Shown: piece by piece, positions 38,960-49,029 of the stretch | Layout of the letters: each line of letters begins with the position of its first letter | Position numbering within the stretch: position 1 is the stretch's first letter | NCBI GenBank assembly: GCA_947085185.1 | Contig: CAMTVK010000002.1 | Span: 96,001 to 160,000 of the forward strand | Source of the DNA: Candidatus Fraserbacteria bacterium | Lineage (GTDB): Bacteria; Bipolaricaulota; Bipolaricaulia; RBG-16-55-9; DRXL01 | Reading direction: 5' to 3' | Length of the DNA: 64,000 bases | Notes under the pieces: generated by a model | The model's database searches: none | Told to the model about the DNA's origin: nothing | What the model saw: only the letters and a program-made list of their open reading frames with translations | Position numbers and translations under genes: made by a program

Positions 38960-39933
38960 TGCGCGATGATAAAATCCGAAAACCCCACGGACTTCGTGGG
39001 CGTCACACGGAAGAACGGGGTCGTATATCGGAGCAGCACTTGGGTCTGGGAATTCTCTCCAGCAGTGAAGACCGCGCGCAGCACCAGCTCTGGGTCCGGC
39101 CCCAAGAACGCCCGGAAGAACGGATCTTTGAACGTGGCAAACTTCAGCGTCGCTTTGACGACATAGACCGTGTACTCGCGGCGGCCGAGCTTAGTCTCTA
39201 GAGGGACTCTCTCGGTGCCGATCACCTCGGCGCGCGCCCGCGCAAACGGCTCTTCGCCCCAGCGCAACAGCTCGTGGTAGAACACCTTGAACTCATAGGC
39301 TTGGCCGACTTTTAACGGCTTCCCGTAGAGATGATAAACCCAGTCAGAGATGGTCATTGCTTGGCCCGGCCAAGCAATAGTGGTTCTGAAGATCCCTTCG
39401 TAGCTGGGGAGGACGATCTCCATCTGGTTGGCGCCCACGGGCTTGTAGTACCCTTCGCCGGAGTAATCGGGGCGGTTGGGATCAAGAAAGTCAAACGTGA
39501 TCACAAAGCGCGCCTCGCGCAGCGTAAAATTGCTGTTTAAGAAATTATTCCAGTCGATCGTGATAATGTTGCCCACTTTGACCTCGACAAACTGATGGAA
39601 TCTGAGCCCTTCGGCTCCCTGGGTGATGCGATCTACGGTAGTCGTCACGCCGTTGAGATCTTCATAGCGCACCCGGCGGGGATAGGGGTCTTGCTTATCG
39701 GGAATCCCGTCTTCGTCGGTATCGGCTTTCAAGGGATTGGTGAAGTAGACGAAATACTCTTCGCCGTCGAGCAGGCCATCGCCGTCGGTGTCAGGCTTAT
39801 TGGGATCGGTGCCCAAGATCTTCTCTTGGGCGTCGGTGAGGCCATCGTTATCCGAGTCCTGAGCGAACGATGTGCCGGGCACAAGGCCAACCAGCACTAA
39901 CGCCAGTAAGACCGTCACAGTAAGAGCGCGCAT
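38956..39933 (-). CDS. Exported protein with Ca-binding DxDxDG (TSP3-like) repeats
   Basis: Signal peptide, [21 protein letters not shown] and DTDEDGIPD. Confidence 0.8.
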   Translation of the reverse strand: MRALTVTVLLALVLVGLVPGTSFAQDSDNDGLTDAQEKILGTDPNKPDTDGDGLLDGEEYFVYFTNPLKADTDEDGIPDKQDPYPRRVRYEDLNGVTTTVDRITQGAEGLRFHQFVEVKVGNIITIDWNNFLNSNFTLREARFVITFDFLDPNRPDYSGEGYYKPVGANQMEIVLPSYEGIFRTTIAWPGQAMTISDWVYHLYGKPLKVGQAYEFKVFYHELLRWGEEPFARARAEVIGTERVPLETKLGRREYTVYVVKATLKFATFKDPFFRAFLGPDPELVLRAVFTAGENSQTQVLLRYTTPFFRVTPTKSVGFSDFIIAH

Positions 39934-40001
39934 AGAGTATCTCCTCCTTCTTCTTCCTCATTCTTCCTCACCCTCACTTCCTTGCCCGGTCCCTTTTCTT
40001 A

Positions 40002-42494
40002 CTAGAGGGGAGCCCGAGGTGAGGGGATGGACTGAAAGTACGTGATCGCAGCTAAGAGCGCCGGCAAGACGAAGATCGTCACGACGAACGCATAGAAGAC
40101 TGCCAGCCCAACTAAGAGCCCAAAGTCACGGTTCCACGTAATCGCGCTGAGCATGAGCACGAAGAACGCCGAAGCTGTCGTGAAGAACGCCGCAAAGAGC
40201 GCTTCGCCTGTGCGCGAGACCGCGCGCGCTAAGTCGCGCTCCTCACGGAATCTTTGTATGAGGTGAATCGCATAGTCTACCCCAAGCCCAATGCTGATCG
40301 CCGCGACAATCGCCGTCGCAGCGTTCAGCTCGAGCTTGAAGAAGCTGACCGTCCCTAAGAGCAGCCCCGTCACGACGACCATGGGAAAGAGCCCAACCAG
40401 CCCCCACAGCACAGATCGCAACGCCAAAGCTAACACAATAAAACAGAGCCCAAACGCGAGCGCAAGCGACTGCGTCAGCGATCTGTGCAGGGCATCCAAG
40501 CCCAGCTCTTCGACGAAGGGGACGCCCGTCAGCTGCGCCTCGATTCCCAAAGTGTTAAGCTTCGCTATGACCGGAGCTAAGCGTTCCGTGATGTCACGGG
40601 TGACGCGGCGCACGCCCGCTTGGTCAGCAAAGCGCATCGTATTGACGCGCACGAGAGCTCTCTCTGACGCAAAGATGGGCAGCACATACGCTTCGGCACG
40701 CTGGCGCAGAGAGTCCTTGGCTAGGACTTCACCCAGCAGCCAGCGATAGGCCCCATCGGGGTCCTCTACGAACCGATCCATGAACCCCTGAGCCAGCTGG
40801 GGGTTGGCAGCCCGCACGTCTTCTAAGTAGTGCGCGATGCTCGTCACCGTATGCGCATACGGGGAGGCCGAAAGCGTCTCAGGGATCTCTTTCAGTAACA
40901 CGCGCATCACCTCAAGACGTGCGATATTCCCTGTCAAGACGAGCTGCACCTCGTCGTACGTGCGAAACTCTTCGTTGATCTTGGTGTACAGGGCAACTGT
41001 AGGGTAGTCTTGGGGCAGGAGCCGTCGGTAGTCGACTGTATATGTCTGAAACGCTCGGCCCTCCCAATAGCCAAACGCCCCGATGAGCAGCCCCAAGATG
41101 ACGACAGTGCCCATGGCGACTCGTCCGTGCAACAGCTCGGCGTAGCGACCGAGCCCAAGGCTGAGCAGGCTTGCTTGAGGGTGGGCAAAAATCCTTCGGG
41201 TGCTGGGCCATGGCTCGGTGCGGGGCCCTTCGGGAAAGATCTGTTTCAGCGCCGGTATAAGCATCACGGTGATGACTAATGCACTGATCACAGACACAGC
41301 TGAGAGCAACCCAAACCAACGGATCGGCGGGCTGGGCGCAAAGAACAACGCTGCAAACCCGAGGGCAGTCGTGATGGTCGTGAGCAGAAGCGCGCGCCCC
41401 GTGCGCGTCAGGGCGATCCCGATAGCTTGAGGCCCACTCTGCTTCTTACAGCGCTCTTCTTCGTATCTGTGCAGCAGGTGAATCGCGTAATCGTCGCCGA
41501 TGCCCATCAGAAGCGGGAAGACCGCAGCCATCAAGAAGTTGACGGGAATCCCAAGCCAGCCCAGCAGCCCAAACGACCAAATCCCCGATAGCCCTACGAC
41601 CCCAAGCGTCAGATAGAGGCTCGCCAAGGGCTTGTACGTTCCTATCACTAAGAGGGCCAACGCCCCCCCAAGCACCAGATCAACGGGCACAGCAACTCCA
41701 GCAAAGAGTTCTGGGCTGAACGCTCCCACAGTCACCCCTCCGATCAAGAGCCCCACTAACCCTAGTTCCCACGGACGCGTCAGACGAAAAGCCCACAGCA
41801 GCGTGAGCGCAATCAGAGCAAAGACGATCGGGCTCAGATAGCGTATATCGCGCCCGGTGGTCTGATTGAAGATATCTAATGTCTCGCCATAGCTGACTAC
41901 TCCGATGTCAAGGGCGACAGCGCTCCGAGAGATGGGCCTGATCGCCGCGAGGGCCTGGCGCGAGACCCCGATAATATCGGCGTCCTTGGCGATTGTCGCC
42001 GTAGCCAAGGCTGTGCCCGCAAGCGACGTAAATTTCTTCACGAGGGCCATGCGCTGAAACGTCATGCGAATGATCTCCTCAAACGAATATCCCAGCTCGT
42101 CGCCGTCGGTGGGCAGACTGTAAAACCGTCGGTCGCCGCCGTGGAGTTCCGCACGAACGAATTTGACAAAGTCGGGAATCCCCTGAGCCGAGACGATCCC
42201 CGGAACGGCGCGCAGGGCTTGGAGCACTGCCTCCATCTCGAGGATCGCTTCAGGGGACTCGATAGAGAAGTTCTCTTTTGGCGCAAAGCGCACGGCGATG
42301 ACGTGCGCCAGAGACGCCACCCCAAAGTCGCGCTCGACTTCGCGAAAGAGTCTTACTGTCGGATGATCGGGCAGGAACTCTTGAGGATCGTTGGCGACTC
42401 TGAGTTTTGTGAGGCCCACGGCACTGAGGGCCGTGACAGCAAAGATCATAAGAATCTTCCCCCACGGCCCTCGTGCCGGTTTCACGAATTTCAT
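40002..42494 (-). CDS. MMPL/RND-superfamily transporter
   Basis: Two repeats with GIGDDYAIH and GLGVDYAIH, TGRALL/TGEALF, and large extracytoplasmic loops. Confidence 0.88.
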   Translation of the reverse strand: MKFVKPARGPWGKILMIFAVTALSAVGLTKLRVANDPQEFLPDHPTVRLFREVERDFGVASLAHVIAVRFAPKENFSIESPEAILEMEAVLQALRAVPGIVSAQGIPDFVKFVRAELHGGDRRFYSLPTDGDELGYSFEEIIRMTFQRMALVKKFTSLAGTALATATIAKDADIIGVSRQALAAIRPISRSAVALDIGVVSYGETLDIFNQTTGRDIRYLSPIVFALIALTLLWAFRLTRPWELGLVGLLIGGVTVGAFSPELFAGVAVPVDLVLGGALALLVIGTYKPLASLYLTLGVVGLSGIWSFGLLGWLGIPVNFLMAAVFPLLMGIGDDYAIHLLHRYEEERCKKQSGPQAIGIALTRTGRALLLTTITTALGFAALFFAPSPPIRWFGLLSAVSVISALVITVMLIPALKQIFPEGPRTEPWPSTRRIFAHPQASLLSLGLGRYAELLHGRVAMGTVVILGLLIGAFGYWEGRAFQTYTVDYRRLLPQDYPTVALYTKINEEFRTYDEVQLVLTGNIARLEVMRVLLKEIPETLSASPYAHTVTSIAHYLEDVRAANPQLAQGFMDRFVEDPDGAYRWLLGEVLAKDSLRQRAEAYVLPIFASERALVRVNTMRFADQAGVRRVTRDITERLAPVIAKLNTLGIEAQLTGVPFVEELGLDALHRSLTQSLALAFGLCFIVLALALRSVLWGLVGLFPMVVVTGLLLGTVSFFKLELNAATAIVAAISIGLGVDYAIHLIQRFREERDLARAVSRTGEALFAAFFTTASAFFVLMLSAITWNRDFGLLVGLAVFYAFVVTIFVLPALLAAITYFQSIPSPRAPL

Positions 42495-42498
42495 ATTT

Positions 42499-43464
42499 TT
42501 AGGACGGCATTGTCAGAATCAATAAGCCGACGACGCCGCGCAGGTCCGTGCGCACCTCAAAATTGAGCACACGCCCGGCGATCTTTCGGTCTACAAGCTC
42601 AGCACGATAGAGATCTTGTGCCAAGTAGCTGCTCTTGCCCGCCAAGATATGAGTAAGCGCGGCTTGGGCCGCACTCTCAGAGGAAAAGCGAATCTCGAAG
42701 CGCACCCGCACCGTCGTGCCCTCGAAGAAGACCGCGTAGCTCATGGCTTCTTCGTTTGGTTCGACGGGCTTATCTTTAGTAGGGTCGGTGCGGCGCACAA
42801 ACGCGATGGCCCCACCACGAGTCGCATACGCCGCTATGAACTCATCGAAGACCCCGATGCGCCCCTTCAAACGAGCTACGATGTGCTCAGCCGAAGCTCG
42901 CAGCCGAGCTTGATTGGCCGGTCCCCCAAGCCCAACCTCCGTGCCAAACCATAACTGCCTTGCCAGGGGAATATACGCCCACTCGATGGGGATCGGCCCA
43001 AAGACTCCCCCCGTAAAGACCACGGGGATGCCGTCCATCTCGACCAAATCCCAATGGGTGTAGGGGGAGTTGGGTGCGCCCACAGCGGCTTTGAGCCCCT
43101 GCAGCGCGCCGAACGTCTGAGGGAAGGGTGCCCCGTCAATGACCGAAAAACTTGAGAGATTGGGCCCAGCCCCATGCGCCACCCACGGGAGCTTCGACGC
43201 ATCTAAACGAAAGAGCTCGATGGCCTGACGAATCCCATGGAGGGGATGACGCGCCGCTGCCAACGGCCCCATCACGCCTGCGCGCAACGTCTCGTCCCGC
43301 AACAGAAGCGCTATATCTGCAGCTAAGACGCGCGCGTATCCCGCGGGATACTGCACCACAATCTCGTCCAGCTTCACGCTAGGGGACTGGGTCCACCCCA
43401 TCCCGCCGACCCCAACGACGATCGTGCTCACTAAGGCGAGCACAACCAGCGTCCTTTGGAACAT
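42499..43464 (-). CDS. Hypothetical exported protein (321 aa)
   Basis: SD AGGAGG before the ATG at 43464 and an N-terminal signal; inside the TetR-MMPL operon. Confidence 0.75.
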   Translation of the reverse strand: MFQRTLVVLALVSTIVVGVGGMGWTQSPSVKLDEIVVQYPAGYARVLAADIALLLRDETLRAGVMGPLAAARHPLHGIRQAIELFRLDASKLPWVAHGAGPNLSSFSVIDGAPFPQTFGALQGLKAAVGAPNSPYTHWDLVEMDGIPVVFTGGVFGPIPIEWAYIPLARQLWFGTEVGLGGPANQARLRASAEHIVARLKGRIGVFDEFIAAYATRGGAIAFVRRTDPTKDKPVEPNEEAMSYAVFFEGTTVRVRFEIRFSSESAAQAALTHILAGKSSYLAQDLYRAELVDRKIAGRVLNFEVRTDLRGVVGLLILTMPS

Positions 43465-43475
43465 AAAATCCTCCT

Positions 43476-44072
43476 TTATTTTAGGAAGGCGCGTAACACG
43501 CGCCCGGATTCTTCTTGGAGTCTTTCCAGATCCCGCCCCGCAACCGCGGCGAAGAGCAAGCCATGGGCATACGTGCCGACAAAATCCACAAACGTCTCCA
43601 CGGAGAGCCCGCGCGCACGTAACAGCTCCGCTGTCTCCCCTCGGAGCCGGGCAAGCCACGCCCGATGCTTCTCGGCAAAGAGCCGGCGCGCCCGCGGCGG
43701 GCCTCCCCCCGGCGCCGCCAGAATCATTTGAATCACCTGAAAGAGCTCGGGCTGACGCCGATAGTGATGTAAGAGATTGCTTATGATGCGCTCTGCGATC
43801 GCCAACGGCTCTTGCACTCCCTCGGTTCCATCAAGAAGGCTCCGAAAGTACTGCTCCGCCCACGCGCAGAGCAGCTCTTCGATCAACGCGTCTTTTGACG
43901 CGAAATAATAATAGATCGTGCCCTTGCCCAGCCCCGCAGCCTGCGCGATCTCGTCCATGGTCGCTTCTTGGAGCCCCCGAACAGCAAAGATGCGCAAAGC
44001 TGCTTGCAGAATAGCTCTGTATCGCTCTTCTTTCTGCTTTTCTCGTAGCCGTTGCTCTGGGGCTTGGACCAT
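43476..44072 (-). CDS. TetR/AcrR family regulator
   Basis: ILQAALRIF..ATMDEIAQAAGLGKGTIYYYFASKDAL. Confidence 0.93.
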   Translation of the reverse strand: MVQAPEQRLREKQKEERYRAILQAALRIFAVRGLQEATMDEIAQAAGLGKGTIYYYFASKDALIEELLCAWAEQYFRSLLDGTEGVQEPLAIAERIISNLLHHYRRQPELFQVIQMILAAPGGGPPRARRLFAEKHRAWLARLRGETAELLRARGLSVETFVDFVGTYAHGLLFAAVAGRDLERLQEESGRVLRAFLK

Positions 44073-44109
44073 TTCGACCACTGAGTCGAATTTCGACCCG
44101 TCGGTCGAA
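44073..44109. promoter_or_regulatory. Tandem palindromic operators TTCGAC-N6-GTCGAA
   Basis: Copies at 44073-44090 and 44092-44109, between the tetR ATG and a minus-strand TTGGCA-18-TACAAT promoter. Confidence 0.75.
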
Positions 44110-44234
44110 TTGTACCCTAAGCGCTCTGATTATGCCAATGATTTGGGTCAGGGCTGCGCATGATTCTCGTCAGTTGGCTTATAACAGGACAATATTTGCC
44201 TTCGCAGGCCGCTTCAGATAAACTTTTTTTTGAT

Positions 44235-45629
44235 ATGAAGCTGACGTTTCACGGTGCGGCCAAGACGGTGACGGGGTCGTGCACGCTCTTGCAGATTGAT
44301 AAGCTGAAAATTCTGATAGACTGCGGGCTCTGGCAGGGCTCCGAAGAGATCGAGAGCCGCAACTGGCTTCCCTTCGGATTCCCCCCAAGCAAGATAGATT
44401 ATGTGATTTTGACTCATGCCCATCTCGATCATTGCGGGCTCATCCCCAGACTCGTGCGTGAAGGCTTTTCTGGAGAGATTCTCTGTACCGAGCCGACGCG
44501 CGATCTTGCACGACTCATCTTGACTGATAGCGCCCAGCTGCAGGAAGAAGCAGCAGCTGTGCTCACAAAGAAGGAACGCCGGCGCGGCGGCAGCCCCATC
44601 CGCCCGCTCTATGAGATCGAAGACGTCCTCAATGCCCTCGATCGCTTTGGCGATCCCATCCCGCTCAACAAGACAATAGATCTTGCCAAGGGGGTCAAGT
44701 TCTCCCTGCGCGATGCTGGACATGTGCTGGGCGCTGCGTTCGTGCAATTTCGGGGCACCGAAGGGCGTAAACGCCCAAAGCGCTTGCTCTTTTCAGGAGA
44801 TCTGGGCAATGCCCATAAGCTCCTCACTCCAGACCCGGCCGAGCCTGACCCTGCCGATATTGTCATTCTAGAATCTACCTACGGCGATCGCACTCATCGC
44901 TCGATGCGCGATTCTATCGCTGAGCTCAGACAAGCTCTTCTGCTCACGTTCGCCCGCGGTGGCAACGTGCTCATCCCCAGCTTTGCCCTAGAGCGCTCCC
45001 AAGAACTGCTCGCTCTGCTCTTCCAGCTCTATAGGCGCAAGGAACTCCCTGGCTGTCAGATCTTCTTAGATAGCCCGCTGGCGAGCTCAACAACGAAAGT
45101 CTTCCGACGCTATAGCGAATACCTCAAGCCCGAGGAAGCACAGACGCTCGCGCACATCCCCAATCCGTTTGACTTCCCCGCCCTGCGCTTCGTCCGCACG
45201 CCCGAAGAGTCTAAAGCGATCAATTCTATAGCCAGCCATGCGATCATCATCGCAGGCGGCGGCATGTGCACCGGCGGAAGAATCTTGCACCATCTCAAGC
45301 ATCAGCTCTGGCGCTCGGAGTGCAGTGTCGTCTTTGTGGGCTACCAAGCCGATGGGACGCTCGGGCGCAAATTGATCGAAGGGGCCCGAACTGTTCGGAT
45401 CTTCGGTGAGGAAGTCGCCGTGCGTGCCCAGATCTGGACGATCAACGGGTTTTCCGCGCACGCCGATCAACCTGAACTCTTGCGATTTCTCACCCAAGCG
45501 CGCACCCCCCAGAAGATCTTCTTAACCCACGGGGAGATGCACAGTCTCCTCGCGCTCAAGCAAGCGATCCAGACGAGGCTGGGGGGCACCGCCCATATTG
45601 CCGATTGGAAGGAGACCGTAGAGCTATAG
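44235..45629 (+). CDS. MBL-fold beta-CASP ribonuclease
   Basis: TVTGS, DCG, THAHLDHCG, AGHVLG, FSGDLG, ESTYG, VGYQA, FSAHAD and THGE. Confidence 0.92.
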   Translation: MKLTFHGAAKTVTGSCTLLQIDKLKILIDCGLWQGSEEIESRNWLPFGFPPSKIDYVILTHAHLDHCGLIPRLVREGFSGEILCTEPTRDLARLILTDSAQLQEEAAAVLTKKERRRGGSPIRPLYEIEDVLNALDRFGDPIPLNKTIDLAKGVKFSLRDAGHVLGAAFVQFRGTEGRKRPKRLLFSGDLGNAHKLLTPDPAEPDPADIVILESTYGDRTHRSMRDSIAELRQALLLTFARGGNVLIPSFALERSQELLALLFQLYRRKELPGCQIFLDSPLASSTTKVFRRYSEYLKPEEAQTLAHIPNPFDFPALRFVRTPEESKAINSIASHAIIIAGGGMCTGGRILHHLKHQLWRSECSVVFVGYQADGTLGRKLIEGARTVRIFGEEVAVRAQIWTINGFSAHADQPELLRFLTQARTPQKIFLTHGEMHSLLALKQAIQTRLGGTAHIADWKETVEL

Positions 45630-46466
45630 CGAAAAGCCCTGCAAATGCCCGGATTGCTTGAGCTTGTGCAGTGCCAGCTCTTCGATCTGGCGGACGCGCT
45701 CACGGCTTAAGTTCAAAGACATCCCGATCTCAACGAGCGTTCGAGGATGGTTGTCTTCCAAACCGTAGCGCAACACGAGAATACGGCGCTCGCGCGCATC
45801 GAGCTCCGCGAGCGCTCGCTCGAGCCTCTCGCGGTGCACTGTGCGCAGGGCCTCGACCTCTGGCGCCGCGCGGTGAGTGCTCACGCTCTCTAGCAGTGTC
45901 TCGTCGTCTTCTTCGCCTATGGGGGTATCGAGCGATGGGGCAAACGGACGCACTTGAAGCAAGCGCATCAGAATCTCCTGAGAGACCCCGATCTCGGCAG
46001 CAAGCTCTGCAGAGGTGGGCAGATCGCCGTGCTCATGCCAATGCCGCTCCTCAAGCTCGGCAATCTTTTGCAACAGCGAGACAAGATAATCGGGCACTGC
46101 GATCACCCGCAAGTGCTTCACTAATGAGCGCATGATCGCTTGGCGGATCCACCAGGTCGCATAGGTGCTGAACTTATAGCCACGGCTGGGATCGAAGCGC
46201 TCTACGGCCGTGATCAGCCCGATGTTGCCCTCTTGGATGAGATCGAGCAACGGGACGCCAAGAGCGCGATATTGAGCTGCGATGCTCACGACCAGGCGCA
46301 AGTTGGACGTGATCAAGCGTTCGCGAGCGTGAGCATCGCCCTGAGCTGCACGCTGTGCTACGGTGTACTCCTCTTCAGGGGAGAGCAAAGGGTGGCGCTT
46401 GATCTCATTGAGATAGAGCTGCAAAAAATCGTTCCTCCCGTGCTTCTCAAGCCCATCGGTCTCCAA
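45624..46466 (-). CDS. Sigma-70 family alternative sigma factor (RpoD/RpoS-like, no region 1.1)
   Basis: YLNEI, NLRLVVSIA, DLIQEGN, FSTYATWWIRQAI, SLD and SRERVRQIE. Confidence 0.92.
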   Translation of the reverse strand: METDGLEKHGRNDFLQLYLNEIKRHPLLSPEEEYTVAQRAAQGDAHARERLITSNLRLVVSIAAQYRALGVPLLDLIQEGNIGLITAVERFDPSRGYKFSTYATWWIRQAIMRSLVKHLRVIAVPDYLVSLLQKIAELEERHWHEHGDLPTSAELAAEIGVSQEILMRLLQVRPFAPSLDTPIGEEDDETLLESVSTHRAAPEVEALRTVHRERLERALAELDARERRILVLRYGLEDNHPRTLVEIGMSLNLSRERVRQIEELALHKLKQSGHLQGFSL

Positions 46467-46597
46467 GGGTTATCAACCTCCTCGCTTGGTGCGCTGTGTG
46501 TATCTTAGCGAGGAGTTTTTTGGAAATCGCTGATGGCGCTCAGGGGTTCTCGTGATCTCCGTCATAGTGCGTCATCTGAGCGTCACAATGCCTCCGT

Positions 46598-46641
46598 AGA
46601 TGATCGTAGGGGCACGTTGCAACGTGCCCCTACGATCATCT
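46598..46641. repeat. Perfect 44-bp palindrome with a GTAG-type REP-like core
   Basis: AGATGATCGTAGGGGCACGTTG|CAACGTGCCCCTACGATCATCT. Confidence 0.85.
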
Positions 46642-46680
46642 TGCGTTTTCCAGTAGGATTTTGGCACAATAGAGCCAGCT

Positions 46681-47772
46681 ATGGACGCTCAACGCTTACT
46701 CGAGCACTGGCAGGACGAAGGGGAATCGGCGTATCTGTACAAGATCTTAGCTGAAGGTGACCCCGACCCACGCCGCAAAAATCTCTTTCTCAAGCTCGCC
46801 GAAGTGGAGCTCCGGCATCAGCAGGCATTTGCGAAGCTCCTGGCTGAGCAGGGCGTCTCGGTAGGGGAATTTCGGCCCAGTTGGAGAGCCCGACTCTTGA
46901 GCTGGATGGCGCGGCACGGCGGCACACGCACAGTCCTGAGACTGCGCATCGTGGATGAAGCCAGCGAAGTAAAGAATTACCTGCGCGAGAAATCCAGCCA
47001 GAGCTCCAGCCAAATCGCTCAGATCTCTCAGCAAGTCGCACGCGATGAAGCCATCCACGCTGAGACCCTGATGAAGATCGTCGGCAGCGGCGGCGAGCCC
47101 TGGCACCGCATGGAATCTGGAGGCTTTCTGCGCAACGTCGTCTACGGCTTCAACGACGGGTTGACGGCGAACTTCGGGTTGGTGATGGGCGTGCTTGGCG
47201 CCCAATTCCATGAATTTATTGTGCTGTCGGGGCTCGCTGGGCTCGTAGCCGACGCGCTCTCCATGGGCTCTAGTGGCTACTTAGCCGCCAAGAGCGAGCA
47301 AGAAGTCTATCAGCATGAGATCGAACTTGAGCGCGAAGAGATCCAGCTCATGCCGGAGATCGAAGCTGAAGAGCTCGCGTTGCTCTATGAGGCCAAGGGA
47401 ATGCCTCCCGAAGCCGCCCGTCAAGCGGCCACACAAGTGATGGCTGATCCCCAGATCGCCCTCCAAGAGAAGGCCCGCGAAGAGCTGGGGATCGCGCCGG
47501 AGCTGGGCTCGCCCTTGCGCGAGGGACTACTCACCGGGACGGCCACGGCGTTTGGGGCGTTGATCCCGGTCTTGCCGTTCTTCTTCGGGAGCGGCCCCAT
47601 AGAGATCTGGACGTCGTTTACGATCAGCATGCTCTCGCACTTTGCTGTGGGGGCTGCGCGGAGTCTCTTCACGGGGCGCGGGGCGTTTCGCAGCGGTCTC
47701 GATATGTTCTTAGTCGGCCTGGGCGTCGCTGTCGTGGGGTATTTTGTGGGAATGCTCATTGAGCACTTATAA
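46681..47772 (+). CDS. Ferritin-like domain fused to a VIT1/CCC1 transporter
   Basis: ExxH motifs (ELRH, EAIH), then LRNVVYGFNDGL, ALSMG and GALIPVLPF. Confidence 0.88.
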   Translation: MDAQRLLEHWQDEGESAYLYKILAEGDPDPRRKNLFLKLAEVELRHQQAFAKLLAEQGVSVGEFRPSWRARLLSWMARHGGTRTVLRLRIVDEASEVKNYLREKSSQSSSQIAQISQQVARDEAIHAETLMKIVGSGGEPWHRMESGGFLRNVVYGFNDGLTANFGLVMGVLGAQFHEFIVLSGLAGLVADALSMGSSGYLAAKSEQEVYQHEIELEREEIQLMPEIEAEELALLYEAKGMPPEAARQAATQVMADPQIALQEKAREELGIAPELGSPLREGLLTGTATAFGALIPVLPFFFGSGPIEIWTSFTISMLSHFAVGAARSLFTGRGAFRSGLDMFLVGLGVAVVGYFVGMLIEHL

Positions 47773-47851
47773 CTAACACTTGACCCAGTTGCGCACATGT
47801 GAGAGCTATCTGTATCATTATCTTATGGCAACGCACTCCTAGGAGGAGTCC

Positions 47852-49015
47852 GTGATCACAGCCTACGATGTCGAACGTCTGCGAGCTTGGCACAGCCAAG
47901 AGCATCCTATCGTAAGCTTATATCTAAACGTCACTCCCCCTCGACCGTTCGTCAGCGAACTTCGCTCGCTCATTCATCTTCAAAAAGCGCGTTTCGAGGA
48001 GAACCATCAACTTGATAAGAAGCACCTTCGTGCAATAGAAGAGCTGCTAGCTCGCCTCGAAGATCATGTGCGCAGCGTGGAGCGCCAGCTCGACAGGACG
48101 CGCCTATTGGCGATCTTTGCCAGCTCCAACGGATTTTGGCAAGAGTATCGCCTCCCTGTGGCGCTGCCCAGCCAACTAGTCGTCGACTTCGATCCCTACA
48201 TCCGGCCATTGACGATCTTGCTCGACGAGTTTGATCGGTACTGTGTCTTGGTGGTCGATGCTAGGAAAGCGCGGATCTTTTCGCTCTATCTTGGGGAATT
48301 TGAAGAACATGGGGATATGTTCAGCGACGAAGTCCCAAGCAAAGTGAGCGTCGGGCGTGGCGTGCGCTTAGGTGCGCCAGGAGTATGGGGAGCCACAGGA
48401 GAGCTGCGCATCCAACGCCATATCGAAGACCACGTCCATCGCCACCTCAAACATATAGCAGAGCGCACCTTGGAGTTCTTTACTCAAAAACAATGTGATC
48501 TGTTGATACTTGGCGGACCCGAGGACAAGACGCTCCCCTATCTTGTGGAACATCTGCATAGCTATTTGCGCGAGCGTCTGGCTGGCGAGTTCCATGCGCG
48601 CCCTGACCTGCCCGTCGCTCAGCTCAAAGAGCACGCGCTCGCCGTCGCCCAAGCGTGGGAACGTCGCTATGAAGAGCGGCTCATTGCGCGCTTGGTGGAG
48701 CGGGCTCGTGCACCCAACGGCTTGGCGGTCTTAGGGATCGAGCCCACCTTGGAAGCCCTTATGAACAGCCAAGTCCATACACTCGTGCTCCAGCACGACT
48801 TCCGTATCCAGGGTACCCTCTGCCCTCACGATCACTTTCTCTCCTCATACTTACTAGAATGCCCGCTGTGCCGCAGCCCCATGCATCCCATAGACGACCT
48901 CGCCGAGGAGATGATCGAAGAGGCGATCCATCAGAACGCTGAGATCGAACACGTCTTCACCAGACACGAGCAATTTATCCCGCACGGTGTCGGGGCGATC
49001 CTGCGCTTTCGCTAA
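47852..49015 (+). CDS. Bacterial archaeo-eukaryotic release factor (baeRF/eRF1-like) family protein
   Basis: VSLYLNV, PYIRPL, VVD..KARIF, LILGGP, LAVLG..TLEAL, a C-terminal zinc ribbon and GVGAILRF. Confidence 0.8.
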   Translation: MITAYDVERLRAWHSQEHPIVSLYLNVTPPRPFVSELRSLIHLQKARFEENHQLDKKHLRAIEELLARLEDHVRSVERQLDRTRLLAIFASSNGFWQEYRLPVALPSQLVVDFDPYIRPLTILLDEFDRYCVLVVDARKARIFSLYLGEFEEHGDMFSDEVPSKVSVGRGVRLGAPGVWGATGELRIQRHIEDHVHRHLKHIAERTLEFFTQKQCDLLILGGPEDKTLPYLVEHLHSYLRERLAGEFHARPDLPVAQLKEHALAVAQAWERRYEERLIARLVERARAPNGLAVLGIEPTLEALMNSQVHTLVLQHDFRIQGTLCPHDHFLSSYLLECPLCRSPMHPIDDLAEEMIEEAIHQNAEIEHVFTRHEQFIPHGVGAILRFR

Positions 49016-49029
49016 GAAGGAGGAACTTC

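Noticed and set aside
39940..39985. Pyrimidine-rich TTCTTCCTCA tandem repeat
   Set aside because: Only two short copies in a purine-rich leader containing the SD; no evidence of a distinct element.
43465..43659. Cys-rich N-terminal extension (CGFCRHVC) of ORF 42499..43659
   Set aside because: It overlaps tetR; a strong SD supports the start at 43464.
47773..47851. CIRCE or CtsR heat-shock operator before the Clp cluster
   Set aside because: Neither TTAGCACTC-N9-GAGTGCTAA nor a clear CtsR heptad repeat is present.
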